A DNA stretch of 64,000 nt from Syntrophales bacterium (GTDB lineage Bacteria; Desulfobacterota; Syntrophia; Syntrophales; UBA4778): NCBI GenBank assembly GCA_963665615.2, contig CAXXQE010000001.1:1-64000 (forward strand), read 5' to 3'. Made by a program: the position numbers and the translations under genes. The notes under the pieces were generated by a model. That model made no database searches. It had not been told where the DNA came from and was given only the letters and a program-made list of their open reading frames with translations. How positions within the stretch are numbered: position 1 is the first letter of the stretch; every line of letters begins with the position of its first letter. Below, one piece after another: positions 13,281 to 23,659 of the stretch.

Positions 13281-13742
13281 ATGGATGTTCGATTTATAAA
13301 CCCCTTTCTGGAAGGGACCGTGAGCGTTATAAAAACCATGGCATTTCTCGACCCCATACCGGGTAAACCTTATCTGAAAAAGGACAACTTGGCGAAGGGC
13401 GATATTTCCGGCATTATCGGCTTGACGGGAAAGGTGAAGGGCTCTCTGGCGCTCAGTTTCAGCGAGGCTTGCATCACGAAGATTGTATCCAATATGCTGG
13501 GTGAAGAGATAACGGGCTTGACCAGCGATGTCAAAGATGCTGTCGGCGAAATCACCAATATGATATCGGGTGCTGCCAGAAAAAAATTGGAAGCAATGGG
13601 GTTTGTTGTGACAGCGGCGATCCCGACGGTGGTTGCCGGCAAGGATCACTCCGTGGTTCACGTTTTAGATAGTCCCAGCATTATAATTCCCTTTGAAATT
13701 CAGGGTTGCGGTGCATTCGTCGTGGATGTTTGCTTGAAGTAG
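13281..13742 (+). CDS. cheX: CheY-P phosphatase CheX
   Basis: FINPFL..DISGIIGLTG..DAVGEITNMISG..AIPTVVAG. Confidence 0.9.
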   Translation: MDVRFINPFLEGTVSVIKTMAFLDPIPGKPYLKKDNLAKGDISGIIGLTGKVKGSLALSFSEACITKIVSNMLGEEITGLTSDVKDAVGEITNMISGAARKKLEAMGFVVTAAIPTVVAGKDHSVVHVLDSPSIIIPFEIQGCGAFVVDVCLK

Positions 13743-13755
13743 ATGGATTGACAGG

Positions 13756-14706
13756 TTATTTCTTGTATAGGAAACGCTCCAACAGTCTGTGGTATGGTGT
13801 CCAATCCGTACCGTTGTCTGCAGATGCTTCTACATAGCTCTGAAAGGCGTTGACCTTGGCATCTAAGTCATCAATATAATGAATGATCAAGGCCTCAAGG
13901 GTTTTTGGTCGTTTGGGCGAGCCGAATTCCATTTCGCCATGATGGCTGATAAGGATGTGACGAAGCTTCATGGCCAATTCTTTAGGGAAATCAGCAATGG
14001 CGGCGATGCGCTGGTTTATCATTTCGACGCCAATGACGATGTGGCCAATCAGCCTGCCTTCATCTGAATATTCAATGACATTGTTGTAAGTCAGCTCGTC
14101 AATTTTCCCTATATCGTGAAGAATTCCCCCTGCAATCAATAAATCCCTGTCGATGTCCGCGTAGTGGTCGGCAACGGTCAGAAGCAAACGGACGACCGAC
14201 AGCGTGTGCTCGAGGAGGCCGCCAATGCAGACGTGGTGGAACCCCTTGGCGGCTGGCGCGACCTTGAAATGGTTCACGACGACTGAATCGTCGAAAAAGG
14301 ACTGGAGCAATTGCTTCAGAAAGGGATTCCGAATACCTTCCACTATAGTGATCAGATCGTTGAACATGGCCTGTATATCTGATTTTGAGGTCGGGTTGAA
14401 ATCGGAGAGGTCGATTTCTGAAAAGCCTGGCTTCTTGAGGTTAACAATTGACAGTTGCAGGGCATCCTTGAAGCTCGCTGCCCTGGCTTGAATGTGGATA
14501 ATGTCCCCTTTTTTAAAAAGCGTGTCGAACTCCGCGGCCCGGTCCCAGACCCGCCCTTCGATTTCCCCCGTTTTGTCCTTAAGGCGCAGGCTGAGATATG
14601 GGGCCCCCTTTTGAGAGAAGGTCATATTTTTTTCGGAAACGAGGAATGAAGAGATGACCTGATCTCCTGCCTTGATCTCTTTGACAAACGTATTTTTCAG
14701 GCCCAT
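13756..14706 (-). CDS. yhaM: 3'-5' exoribonuclease YhaM family (OB-fold + HD)
   Basis: PYLSLRLKDKTGEI, PAAKGFHH..GGLLEHT, LHDIGK, SHHG..FGSP, DDLDAK. Confidence 0.88.
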   Translation of the reverse strand: MGLKNTFVKEIKAGDQVISSFLVSEKNMTFSQKGAPYLSLRLKDKTGEIEGRVWDRAAEFDTLFKKGDIIHIQARAASFKDALQLSIVNLKKPGFSEIDLSDFNPTSKSDIQAMFNDLITIVEGIRNPFLKQLLQSFFDDSVVVNHFKVAPAAKGFHHVCIGGLLEHTLSVVRLLLTVADHYADIDRDLLIAGGILHDIGKIDELTYNNVIEYSDEGRLIGHIVIGVEMINQRIAAIADFPKELAMKLRHILISHHGEMEFGSPKRPKTLEALIIHYIDDLDAKVNAFQSYVEASADNGTDWTPYHRLLERFLYKK

Positions 14707-14971
14707 ATTTACTCCTCGACAAAATGGTATTGGTTGGCTGGTTTCAGAAAAAGGGGATGGCCCCCAAGGTTATCATTGTCACGTGGTCACGCCGGATACG
14801 CGGGCAGGAACCTCAACAGAGCGCCTACCGTTGCGGTCGCAACATAACCGTTTTCTCTTGAGATTGCAATCTCAAGAGAAAACAAGTCGTCGAAGGGCAA
14901 ATTGGGCCTCGAAAGAGGCGATTATAAAAATATTGAGATTCCCTCCCGATCATGTTAGCCTACACGTCAAT

Positions 14972-15403
14972 ATGAGGTTACTGGGTCTGGATTATGGCAG
15001 CAAGCGGATCGGCACCGCTATATCAGATGAACTTGGCATCACCGCCCAAGCCCTCTCAATTATAGACAGGACAAGCCTTCAGCGAGATCTGGCCGCTGTG
15101 GCGGAAATTGTTCGTCGTTACGGTGTCGACAAGATTGTTATCGGGTACCCTTTGCGACTGGATGGATCCGCCGGGGTACAGTGTGAGAAGGTGGATCGAT
15201 TTATTGCGGCGTTGGCTACTGTCGTAGATCTCCCTATAGTCAAGTGGGACGAGGCGCTGTCCACGTGGGAGGCGGAACGAATCTTAGATGAGGCCGGTGT
15301 TCAGCAACAGCGACGAAAAAAGCTGGTGGACAAGATTGCGGCGGGCATTGTCTTGCAATCGTACTTAAATTCTCTGTCCAAGAAGGAAAACAAGATGAGC
15401 TAG
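14972..15403 (+). CDS. ruvX: YqgF/RuvX pre-16S rRNA nuclease
   Basis: MRLLGLDYGSKRIGTAISD..IGYP..WDEALST..VDKIAAGIVLQSYL. Confidence 0.92.
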   Translation: MRLLGLDYGSKRIGTAISDELGITAQALSIIDRTSLQRDLAAVAEIVRRYGVDKIVIGYPLRLDGSAGVQCEKVDRFIAALATVVDLPIVKWDEALSTWEAERILDEAGVQQQRRKKLVDKIAAGIVLQSYLNSLSKKENKMS

Positions 15404-15639
15404 CTTTTATTGTAACATATTGAAAATTTTATAATTTTTTAATATATAACACCCTTTCCTGGCTAGGATAGGGTTTTGCTTTTTACGGCCCCTCGCAGGA
15501 GCGCAAAAAGAGGCGTTCAGAGGCATGAAAGCGTGCCTCTGGGCTGGCTCATTTTGCAAAGACCTGAGGTTGCGTGGGAGAGCGCATGGGGGCGAATGGA
15601 GAGTGGGCGCGGCGTTTGGGCAAGGTCGGTATCCCCGAA

Positions 15640-15752
15640 TCCTTCAGCGAGCGCATTCCCTATGGCATGTCGCGGGGTAAGCGAGCGAATCAAAATTAAC
15701 TATCTTTCTGGGGATCGGAGAATCGCGGAAGCGTGCCCCGGCGAATCCCCAA
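15640..15752 (+). repeat. Dispersed two-hairpin element, copy 2
   Basis: Follows CCGAA. Contains ttcagcgagcgcattccc..ggggtaagcgagcgaatc and ggag..ggaagcgtgccccggcgaatccccaa. Confidence 0.75.
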
Positions 15753-15792
15753 TGGTACTTTGATTTTTTGTTGTACGGAGGTTGCTGTTCAA

Positions 15793-16818
15793 ATGGAACT
15801 AATCAAAACAATAAACGAAAAGAAGTTTCCAATCGCTATTCATTTTGTCGCTTTGTTTTTTATCGGGATCGCCCTATTTTTGAACTTTATGCGAACCCCT
15901 CTCGATAGCAAGAATGCTGTGCCAATCACCATTCAAATTCCCAAGGGAAGCAGCTTTGCCAAAATAGCCGATATCCTGAGCCAGAGAGGATTGGTGGAAC
16001 ACAAGCTGCCCTTTCAGCTGTTTGCCCGATTGAAGGATGTTCCCAGGCACATTCGTGCCGGCGAATATGAGTTGACTAGCGCCATGTCCCCCTCAATCAT
16101 TTTAGACAAGATGATGCGTGGGGAGGTCAAGGGATACCGTATTGCCATTCCCGAGGGTTTTAATCTGCATCAGATTGCCAACGTTTTGGTTGAGGAGGGG
16201 TTGGTCAACAAAAGAGAGTTTTTGAGATTATGCAGTGACAAGGCATTTCTGGCCTCTCTCGGCATTCAGAGCGAAACCGCAGAGGGGTACTTGTTTCCCG
16301 AGACATACATCTTGAATAAGGCGATGGACGAAAGAGAGATTATTACCCTGATGGTGGACCAGTTTCACAAGAAGGTCACGTCCGATATGCTCAGGCGGGC
16401 GCAGGAGATCGGGTTCTCTTTTGATCAGATCGTCACACTCGCCTCCATAATTGAAAAAGAGGCTAAGCTGAAAGAAGAAAAGCCCCTGATTGCGGCCGTT
16501 TTCTATAATAGACTGAAGGTATCAATGCGGCTGCAAAGCGATCCTACTGCAGTATATGGCCTTCCCGCTTTTTCTGGGACGATTACCAGAGCACATTTGA
16601 AGAAAAATACGCCCTATAATACCTATCAAATCGACGGCTTGCCCCCTGGACCGATAGCGAATCCCGGTTTCGATTCGATCATGGCCGCTCTCTATCCTTC
16701 TCAGGTCAATTATGTGTATTTTGTTGCCCGCAATGACGGTTCCCATCAGTTTTCCTATACCCTTTCACAGCACAATGCCGCAGTCGCCAAATTTCAATTA
16801 AAAAGAGAAGAATATTGA
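15793..16818 (+). CDS. mltG: Endolytic transglycosylase MltG
   Basis: IRAGEY, IPEG, EGYLFPETY, LASIIEKE, NRL..LQSDPT, YNTY..GLPPGPIANPG. Confidence 0.95.
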   Translation: MELIKTINEKKFPIAIHFVALFFIGIALFLNFMRTPLDSKNAVPITIQIPKGSSFAKIADILSQRGLVEHKLPFQLFARLKDVPRHIRAGEYELTSAMSPSIILDKMMRGEVKGYRIAIPEGFNLHQIANVLVEEGLVNKREFLRLCSDKAFLASLGIQSETAEGYLFPETYILNKAMDEREIITLMVDQFHKKVTSDMLRRAQEIGFSFDQIVTLASIIEKEAKLKEEKPLIAAVFYNRLKVSMRLQSDPTAVYGLPAFSGTITRAHLKKNTPYNTYQIDGLPPGPIANPGFDSIMAALYPSQVNYVYFVARNDGSHQFSYTLSQHNAAVAKFQLKREEY

Positions 16819-16828
16819 GTTTTTCTGC

Positions 16829-16890
16829 TTGACAAAATATCAAAACCCTCTATAAGTACTCAAAGGTGGAGTGAAGTGGATGATAGTGGA
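16829..16890 (+). promoter_or_regulatory. dcw promoter with three MraZ boxes
   Basis: TTGACA (16829) and TATAAG (16851); GTGGA at 16866, 16876 and 16886 (10-bp period). Confidence 0.8.
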
Positions 16891-16898
16891 GGGTTTCG

Positions 16899-17342
16899 GT
16901 GTCTTTCAGGGGTCGGTACTACCATTCCATTGACGATAAAGGGCGAATTATTTTCCCGTCCAAGCTAAGGGAGACGTTCGCCGAAAAGTACGACAATAAA
17001 TTGGTCGTCACCAATTGGGACGGCTATTTAATGTGTTTCCCTTACGACGAGTGGCGCATCCTTGAGGAAAAGGTCAGTCATCAATCTCTTCTCCGCAAGG
17101 AAGTCAGAGCCTTTCAGCGGTTTTTCATGTCGGGAGCCGTCGATTGCTCCTTTGATAGTCAGGGCAGGATCCTGATTCCCCCCAGCCTTAGAGAATACGC
17201 AAAATTAGACAAGGACATTGTTCTGGCAGGCATGGTCCGGATTGTAGAAATTTGGAGCAAGGAGCGCTGGGAGGCGGACATTGAACGCTCCGGCGCCGAC
17301 ATCGAAAATTATTCGAAGTACATGGCGGATCTCGGGATTTAG
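16899..17342 (+). CDS. mraZ: Transcriptional regulator MraZ
   Basis: [14 protein letters not shown] and DSQGRILIP (two DxxGR motifs). Confidence 0.95.
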   Translation: MSFRGRYYHSIDDKGRIIFPSKLRETFAEKYDNKLVVTNWDGYLMCFPYDEWRILEEKVSHQSLLRKEVRAFQRFFMSGAVDCSFDSQGRILIPPSLREYAKLDKDIVLAGMVRIVEIWSKERWEADIERSGADIENYSKYMADLGI

Positions 17343-17352
17343 GGGCACTACG

Positions 17353-18291
17353 ATGGCTTCCCCCTATCATGTGCCGGTTCTGTTGAAGGAGGCTGTCGAG
17401 TCTCTCGATTGCACATCTTCCGGAATCTACGTGGATGGCACGCTGGGGGGCGGGGGGCACGCTTTTGAAATTCTGAGGCAAACAGCACCGGGCGGCAGGC
17501 TGTTCGGAATCGACACCGACGCCGATGCTTTGCTGGAAGCCGAAAATAAATTGGCCGTCTTCGGGGAACGAAAAACGCTTGTGCAGGCGAACTTTTCCAA
17601 CATGAAGGAAGTTCTGGCGGCCAGGGGAATTGAAAAGGTCAGAGGGATTTTACTGGATCTCGGCGTTTCCTCCTATCAGCTGGACACAGCGGAGCGAGGA
17701 TTCAGTTTCGCATCGGACGCCCCGCTCGACATGAGACTGGATCAGGGAAATGGGCCCAGCGCTTATGATGTGGTCAATACCGCTACGGAGAAAGAGCTTG
17801 TTCGAATCCTTCGGGATTACGGCGAGGAGCAAATGGCAGGTCGGGTCGCGAGGGCCATTGTTTCGGCAAGGCGATTATCTGCGATCCGAACGACCGGCGA
17901 ACTGGCGGGCATTGTTTCAAAGGCGATGCCACCCCAGCGTCGGAGGGGTCGGATTCATCCGGCCACTAAGACTTTTCAAGCGGTTCGCATTGCAGTCAAT
18001 GACGAACTGGACAATTTGAGGAGGGCTCTGACGGATGGTGTTGATCTGTTAGAGACGGGGGGACGGCTTTCGATTATTTCCTTTCACTCCTTGGAAGATA
18101 GGATAGTCAAAGAAACGTTTCGAGCTTGGGAGAAAGGATGTGTCTGTCCTGGCGATATCCCTTTTTGCATTTGTGGGGGGCAATCAAAGGGCAGGGTGCT
18201 AACTCGCAAGCCGGTCGTTGCCGGCTTCGAGGAGTTACAGCGTAACCCGAGGGCTAGAAGCGCAAAACTCAGAACGTTCGAGAGGATCTAG
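17353..18291 (+). CDS. rsmH: 16S rRNA m4C1402 methyltransferase
   Basis: HVPVLL, DGTLGGGGH, DLGVSS, PLDMR, ISFHSLEDRIVK, NPRARSAKLR. Confidence 0.96.
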   Translation: MASPYHVPVLLKEAVESLDCTSSGIYVDGTLGGGGHAFEILRQTAPGGRLFGIDTDADALLEAENKLAVFGERKTLVQANFSNMKEVLAARGIEKVRGILLDLGVSSYQLDTAERGFSFASDAPLDMRLDQGNGPSAYDVVNTATEKELVRILRDYGEEQMAGRVARAIVSARRLSAIRTTGELAGIVSKAMPPQRRRGRIHPATKTFQAVRIAVNDELDNLRRALTDGVDLLETGGRLSIISFHSLEDRIVKETFRAWEKGCVCPGDIPFCICGGQSKGRVLTRKPVVAGFEELQRNPRARSAKLRTFERI

Positions 18292-18293
18292 AC

Positions 18294-18614
18294 ATGGCGG
18301 ACTCAAAGGCACTCAGGGGCAGATTTTTTTTCGATGCACAGGAGCTCCCGAGCTGGAAATGGTCCTCGCTCATTGTCGCCTTTCTTTTCCTGCTTGGCGC
18401 AACACTGATCTATATCTGGTCTCATGTCCATTTCATGGAACTCAAGTATAACATCGCTCAGGAGCTTTCCCGCCAAGAGAAGCTGTTAGAAGAGAATCGC
18501 AAACTCAAGGTGGAGATTGCAACACTGAGATCGCCCCAGCGTTTGGAAGCGATCGGCAAAGCTAGGCTGGGGATGCAATTCCCTGAAAGGGATCAGGTGC
18601 TGTTCTTGAAATGA
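18294..18614 (+). CDS. ftsL: Cell division protein FtsL
   Basis: TM helix, coiled coil, L.SPQRLEAI..LGM; located between rsmH and ftsI. Confidence 0.85.
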   Translation: MADSKALRGRFFFDAQELPSWKWSSLIVAFLFLLGATLIYIWSHVHFMELKYNIAQELSRQEKLLEENRKLKVEIATLRSPQRLEAIGKARLGMQFPERDQVLFLK

Positions 18615-20599
18615 CTGCCAAGACAAAAAAATGGCTTCGAGTCAGGATCCTATGCCTGTTCTCTGCCTTTATGCTGCTTTTTGTCGTGTTGGTGGCGCGC
18701 GCCTTTCAACTCCAGATTCTTTCTCAGAAAACCTTGAGGCCTATGGCTGCCAAGCAGCACACCAAAGCCATGCAACTCCAGCCCGATCGCGGTCAGATTA
18801 TGGATCGCAACGGCGAAAAACTTGCTATCAGCATCCAGATGGATTCCGTTTGCGCTGAACCCCCCAGGATTGAAGATTCCCGGAAGGCGGCAGCAGCGCT
18901 CGCCCCCATTCTTTCAGTGGATGAACTCGAACTCGCGAAAAAATTATCAAGCCGCAAGGGGTTCTGCTGGCTTTCTCGGATGGTCTCTCCCTCGCAAGCG
19001 TCCGCCGTTAAGGCGCTCGAGATCGATGGGGTCTATCTCCTTAAAGAACCCAAGCGCTTTTATCCCAATCAGCAACTGGCAGGACCGATATTGGGTATGG
19101 TGGGGGTGGATGCTTCCGGTCTCGAGGGTGTTGAATTAAAATATGAGGGGTATCTAAAGAGAGATCCTGAAAGAATTGTCTGGGGCAGAGATGCCAAGGG
19201 TAAGAAACTCTTTTTGAAGGATAATCTGACAAAAGAAAAATCCGATCGTGACTACAATATATTGTTGACAATTGACAGCCGAATTCAATATCTTGTGGAA
19301 ACTCAGCTGAAAGAGGCCGTTGAAAGCAAACTGGCCCGTGGAGGGATTGCCGTAGTGATGGATCCGCGAACGGGTGAATTGTTGGCTATGGCCCAGCAGC
19401 CGGCTTTCAACCCCAATCTTCTTACAAAGGCCAATCAGGAAGGCAAGAAAAACAGGCCGATAGCGGATGTCTTCGATCCGGGATCGACGTTTAAACCCTT
19501 TACGGTGGCCGCCGCCATGGAAGAAGGGGCGGTGAAGGAACAGGATCGATTTTTTTGCGAAAATGGCGCCTATCGGATTGCCAACAGGGTGATCCATGAT
19601 GCCCAGCATGAAAGATTTGGCTTTTTGACGGTCCGTGAAATTCTGAAGCATTCAAGCAATATCGGCACGGCAAAAATCGCCCAGAAATTGGGGAAGGACA
19701 AATTTTATCAGTATGTCAGGGAGTTCGGTTTCGGAGGCAAGACGGGAGTCGACTTGCCCGGTGAAGTTTCGGGGCTCCTCCGCCCTGTCAATCAGTGGAC
19801 GACGGTCGATCAGGCGACGATTGCCTTCGGTCAGGGGGTCTCGGTGACGGCGGTGCAACTGGTGTCGGCCTTTTCGGCGATCGCCAACAAGGGCGTTTTA
19901 ATGAAACCCTATATAGTAAAGGGCATTGTCGATGAGAACAATCGCATGGCTCGGGAGTTTAAACCGACGGTGGTCAGGCAGGTTATCTCAGCGCCGACGG
20001 CCATGAGGATGGCCTCTATGCTGACCGACGTCGTGGTGGACGGGACAGGAAAGAATGCACGGATCATGAATGTCTCCGTTGCGGGCAAGACGGGAACGGC
20101 GCAAAAATACGATGCTGCTGCAAGGCGGTATTCAAGTGAAAAGGTTCGCACCTCGTTCATCGGCTTTTTTCCTGCAGAAGAGCCGAGGGTGGTCATTTTC
20201 GTCATGATCGACGAGCCGCAGCGAGACAAATGGGGTGGGGTCGCGGCGGCGCCGGTCTTCAGGAATATCGGTGAACAGATCTTGCGTTGCTACGACGGTG
20301 GCGCCGGCGACGTACTGACTGCCGAGGCACAGCCAAAACAGGAGGTTGCTGCTAAACCGTCGGCGATCAAGTTCGTGGCCGCCCAATCGGAGGCACCGGC
20401 CGAAGCTATGGCGGCGGAATCTCTGATGCCTGATTTTCGCGGCATGGCGATGAAACGGGTATTGAGACTATCCCGCCAGCACGGCATTGTCCTGAACGCC
20501 GTCGGAAGCGGATGGGCGGTGAAACAGGATCCGTCCCCGGGGGTTCCCCTGGGAGAGCGTCCGGCGTGCACCGTCATATTCAGTACGGATAATCCGTGA
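18611..20599 (+). CDS. ftsI: Peptidoglycan transpeptidase FtsI (PBP3) with PASTA domain
   Basis: RGQIMDRNG, PGSTFK, SSN, KTGTAQ. Confidence 0.95.
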   Translation: MTAKTKKWLRVRILCLFSAFMLLFVVLVARAFQLQILSQKTLRPMAAKQHTKAMQLQPDRGQIMDRNGEKLAISIQMDSVCAEPPRIEDSRKAAAALAPILSVDELELAKKLSSRKGFCWLSRMVSPSQASAVKALEIDGVYLLKEPKRFYPNQQLAGPILGMVGVDASGLEGVELKYEGYLKRDPERIVWGRDAKGKKLFLKDNLTKEKSDRDYNILLTIDSRIQYLVETQLKEAVESKLARGGIAVVMDPRTGELLAMAQQPAFNPNLLTKANQEGKKNRPIADVFDPGSTFKPFTVAAAMEEGAVKEQDRFFCENGAYRIANRVIHDAQHERFGFLTVREILKHSSNIGTAKIAQKLGKDKFYQYVREFGFGGKTGVDLPGEVSGLLRPVNQWTTVDQATIAFGQGVSVTAVQLVSAFSAIANKGVLMKPYIVKGIVDENNRMAREFKPTVVRQVISAPTAMRMASMLTDVVVDGTGKNARIMNVSVAGKTGTAQKYDAAARRYSSEKVRTSFIGFFPAEEPRVVIFVMIDEPQRDKWGGVAAAPVFRNIGEQILRCYDGGAGDVLTAEAQPKQEVAAKPSAIKFVAAQSEAPAEAMAAESLMPDFRGMAMKRVLRLSRQHGIVLNAVGSGWAVKQDPSPGVPLGERPACTVIFSTDNP

Positions 20600-20683
20600 G
20601 GTTTCATGATTGACGAGGAATCGGCGTTGGAAGGCAAGCTGGATCAGTCTCTTCGTTTTATGAACTTTTGGGGATAAGGCGCA

Positions 20684-22225
20684 TTGGAGCTGGCAAGGTT
20701 ACTCAAGGATATTGATGTGCTGGATTTTTCCGGTTTGCTCCATGGAGAGGTCTCAGCCGTTTGTCATGACTCCCGCCAATGTACGGACGGATCGCTTTTT
20801 GTCGCGGTTCCGGGGTTTAAATCCGACGGGCATGATTTTATAAATGCCGCCATCGCGCAGGGCGCACGATACGTTTTGTTGGAAAGCAATGTCGCTGTAG
20901 CCGATGGTGTGACGGCGATTCGGGTAGCTGATAGCCGCCGGAGCCTCGGTATTGTTGCCAGGAATTTCTTCGAGGATCCTTCGGCGCGTCTCAATATGGT
21001 CGGGGTAACCGGCACCAACGGGAAGACGACAGTCACCTTCCTGCTGGAGTCGATCATTAAAGCGGCCGGCGCGATGCCGGGCGTTGTCGGCACGATTAAC
21101 TATCGCTACGACGACAAGACGCTGGTTGCGCTGAACACGACGCCGGAATCCCTGGAGTTGCAGCGCATTCTCCGCGAGATGGCGGACGCGGGTGTGACGC
21201 ATGTCGTCATGGAGGTGTCGTCCCATGCGCTCGAACTGGGGCGCGTAGCCGATTGTCACTTCCAGTCTGGGATTTTTACGAATCTGACGCAGGATCATCT
21301 GGACTATCACCAGACGATGGAGAGTTATTTCAGAGCCAAGAAGAAACTCTTCGAGATGCTGGTCGAGGCGGGGGCCGGTCAACGGGCGTTTATCAATAGT
21401 GATGATCCCTGGGGGGTTCGACTGAGAAAGGAGATTGCCGCGGAAACGGGTGTCGAACTGCTGACATTCGGCCTTTCGCATGAGGCGGACGTGATGGCGG
21501 AAAATCCGATTCTCTCTGCCGATGGTATTTGTGCTTCGATCAGAACCGCAACCGATCGCTTCGAGATTTGGTCCCCCCTGATGGGGAAATTCAATCTCTA
21601 TAACATCCTCTCCGCTGTGGCCGCCGCCCACGTCATGGGACTTCCCGTCGAGGCCATTCGGCATGGCGTGGCGAGTCTTCAAAATGTGCCGGGTCGCATG
21701 GAGCGGGTTAGCCTCCCCGGAGAGGCAATGGTTTTCGTGGATTATGCCCACACGGACGATGCCTTGAGGCGGGTACTGCAGAATATCATGGAATTCAAGA
21801 CGGGACGGGTGATTACCGTTTTTGGCTGCGGCGGCGATCGGGACAGGGGGAAACGTCCCCTGATGGGAAGGGCGGCTACGACTTACAGCGATTTAACGGT
21901 TCTGACAACGGACAATCCCCGGTCGGAACCGCCTGAGGCGATTCTACAGGAGATCGAGGCCGGCATTGCCCCCGACTGCGAGCGCTACGCGCCGAACGAT
22001 TTGAAAAGTGCCTGCCAAGGACCTAAGGGCTATGCTGTCATCGCCGACCGCCAAAAGGCCATCGAAGCGGCCATCGCGGCGGCGGGCGCCAGCGATATCG
22101 TCCTCGTGGCCGGCAAGGGGCACGAGACATATCAGATTATCGGCTCGAAGATCCTTCCCTTCGACGATCGGCGCGTCTGTCGGCAGGCGCTTGATGCGCT
22201 TCGGCCGGGAGGGATGAATGCGTAG
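20684..22225 (+). CDS. murE: UDP-MurNAc-tripeptide synthetase
   Basis: GVTGTNGKTT, MEVSSH, DYAHT, FGCGGDRD, DNPR, AGKGHE. Confidence 0.96.
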   Translation: MELARLLKDIDVLDFSGLLHGEVSAVCHDSRQCTDGSLFVAVPGFKSDGHDFINAAIAQGARYVLLESNVAVADGVTAIRVADSRRSLGIVARNFFEDPSARLNMVGVTGTNGKTTVTFLLESIIKAAGAMPGVVGTINYRYDDKTLVALNTTPESLELQRILREMADAGVTHVVMEVSSHALELGRVADCHFQSGIFTNLTQDHLDYHQTMESYFRAKKKLFEMLVEAGAGQRAFINSDDPWGVRLRKEIAAETGVELLTFGLSHEADVMAENPILSADGICASIRTATDRFEIWSPLMGKFNLYNILSAVAAAHVMGLPVEAIRHGVASLQNVPGRMERVSLPGEAMVFVDYAHTDDALRRVLQNIMEFKTGRVITVFGCGGDRDRGKRPLMGRAATTYSDLTVLTTDNPRSEPPEAILQEIEAGIAPDCERYAPNDLKSACQGPKGYAVIADRQKAIEAAIAAAGASDIVLVAGKGHETYQIIGSKILPFDDRRVCRQALDALRPGGMNA

Positions 22226-23639
22226 TGCCGAGTTTGAGTGTCGTGAGATTCTGCGGGCGACCACGGGGGAACTCTTCAGTGGTCGTCACGATGCGCGTTT
22301 TACAGGCATCTCGACCGACTCTAGAAAAGTCGCCACCGGGGAGCTCTTTATAGCCCTAACGGGAGAGACCTTTGACGGTCACGACTTTTTGATGGACGCG
22401 CTCCGAAAAGGCGCCGCGGGACTTGTGATTGCCGGACGGGAGATCCATCGACTCGATCCTCTCGTCGGCGCGACGGTGATTGCCGTAAAGGATCCCCTCA
22501 CAGCCCTCGGTGATATTGCGCACCATCGACGGATGCGTTTTTCAGCGCCTGTCTTGGCCATTACGGGCAGTTGCGGCAAGACGACGACCAAGGAAATGAC
22601 CGCCGCGATCCTGGGTCAGGAAAGGTCCGTGCTGAAAAACGAGGGGAACTTCAACAATCTTATCGGGCTTCCCCTGTCGCTCTTGAGACAGAATGAGACC
22701 CATGAGGTCGTGATTCTGGAGATGGGAACCAACCGCCCTGGCGAGATTGCGCGTCTGACCGAGATCGCCGCCCCTTCGCTGGGGGTGATCACGAACATCG
22801 GATCGGCCCATCTCGAAGGATTAAAGACCCTGGAGGCGGTGCGCGAGGAAAAAGGAAGCCTCTTTCGGGGCCTGGCAGCAGACGGCCTGGCCGTTGTCAA
22901 TCGGGATGATCCGGTGATCGTCGCACTGGCGGCGCGCCGGAGCGGACCTACGGTGACCTACGCTGTTGATTGCGAAGCAGATGTCCGGGCCGAACGACTG
23001 GCGTACGAAGGCGCGGGCCGCCTTCGTTTCGACCTTGTTATAGAAGGAAAGGCCGACGCGGTCGTCATGACGACCCCCGGACTGCACAATGTCTATAATG
23101 CGCTGGCGTCCGCTGCAGCCTCGTGGCGTCTGGGCATGGCCCCCGATGCGATACGGCGGGGCTTGGAGCTGTTCCGCCCTGTAGCCGGTCGCCAGGAGAT
23201 AACCGCTCTAAAAAACGGCGCCCATCTGATCAATGACGCCTATAACGCAAACCCGGAATCCGTCGAGGCGGCCCTGGGGACGCTGAGCGCCCTGAAAGGA
23301 CGGGGCGCTGCGACGGTTATTTTGGGTGACATGCTGGAACTCGGACAACAGGCCGAGGCGCTGCACGAAAAAATCGGGGCGCGGGTTGCCGCCATGGGTG
23401 TGGACCGACTTTTCCTGCGGGGCGTTTTCGCCAATTGTGTAGCTGCAGGCGCTGAAAAAGACGGGCTGTCCAAAGACAGAATATTTGTCATGGAAGACAA
23501 CGAGGCCATTGCCGCCGCGGTCGGGGCGTTTTTGAAACGGGGAGACTGGGTTCTGGTGAAAGGATCGCGGCGAATGAAAATGGAAGAGGTCGTCGAGCGA
23601 CTTATCCGGGCGTTCGGCCGAACGGACATCGATCACTGA
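22218..23639 (+). CDS. murF: UDP-MurNAc-pentapeptide synthetase
   Basis: TGSCGKTTTKE, NNLIGLP, NDAYNANP, GDMLELG, VKGSR. Confidence 0.96.
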   Translation: MRSAEFECREILRATTGELFSGRHDARFTGISTDSRKVATGELFIALTGETFDGHDFLMDALRKGAAGLVIAGREIHRLDPLVGATVIAVKDPLTALGDIAHHRRMRFSAPVLAITGSCGKTTTKEMTAAILGQERSVLKNEGNFNNLIGLPLSLLRQNETHEVVILEMGTNRPGEIARLTEIAAPSLGVITNIGSAHLEGLKTLEAVREEKGSLFRGLAADGLAVVNRDDPVIVALAARRSGPTVTYAVDCEADVRAERLAYEGAGRLRFDLVIEGKADAVVMTTPGLHNVYNALASAAASWRLGMAPDAIRRGLELFRPVAGRQEITALKNGAHLINDAYNANPESVEAALGTLSALKGRGAATVILGDMLELGQQAEALHEKIGARVAAMGVDRLFLRGVFANCVAAGAEKDGLSKDRIFVMEDNEAIAAAVGAFLKRGDWVLVKGSRRMKMEEVVERLIRAFGRTDIDH

Positions 23640-23659
23640 GACGCGAAAAGGAGTCTTGA

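Noticed and set aside
14672..15792. Upstream ORF-track starts for ruvX and mltG and the ORF at 15476-15763
   Set aside because: The extensions lack family similarity and partly translate repeat copy 2 or intergenic DNA.
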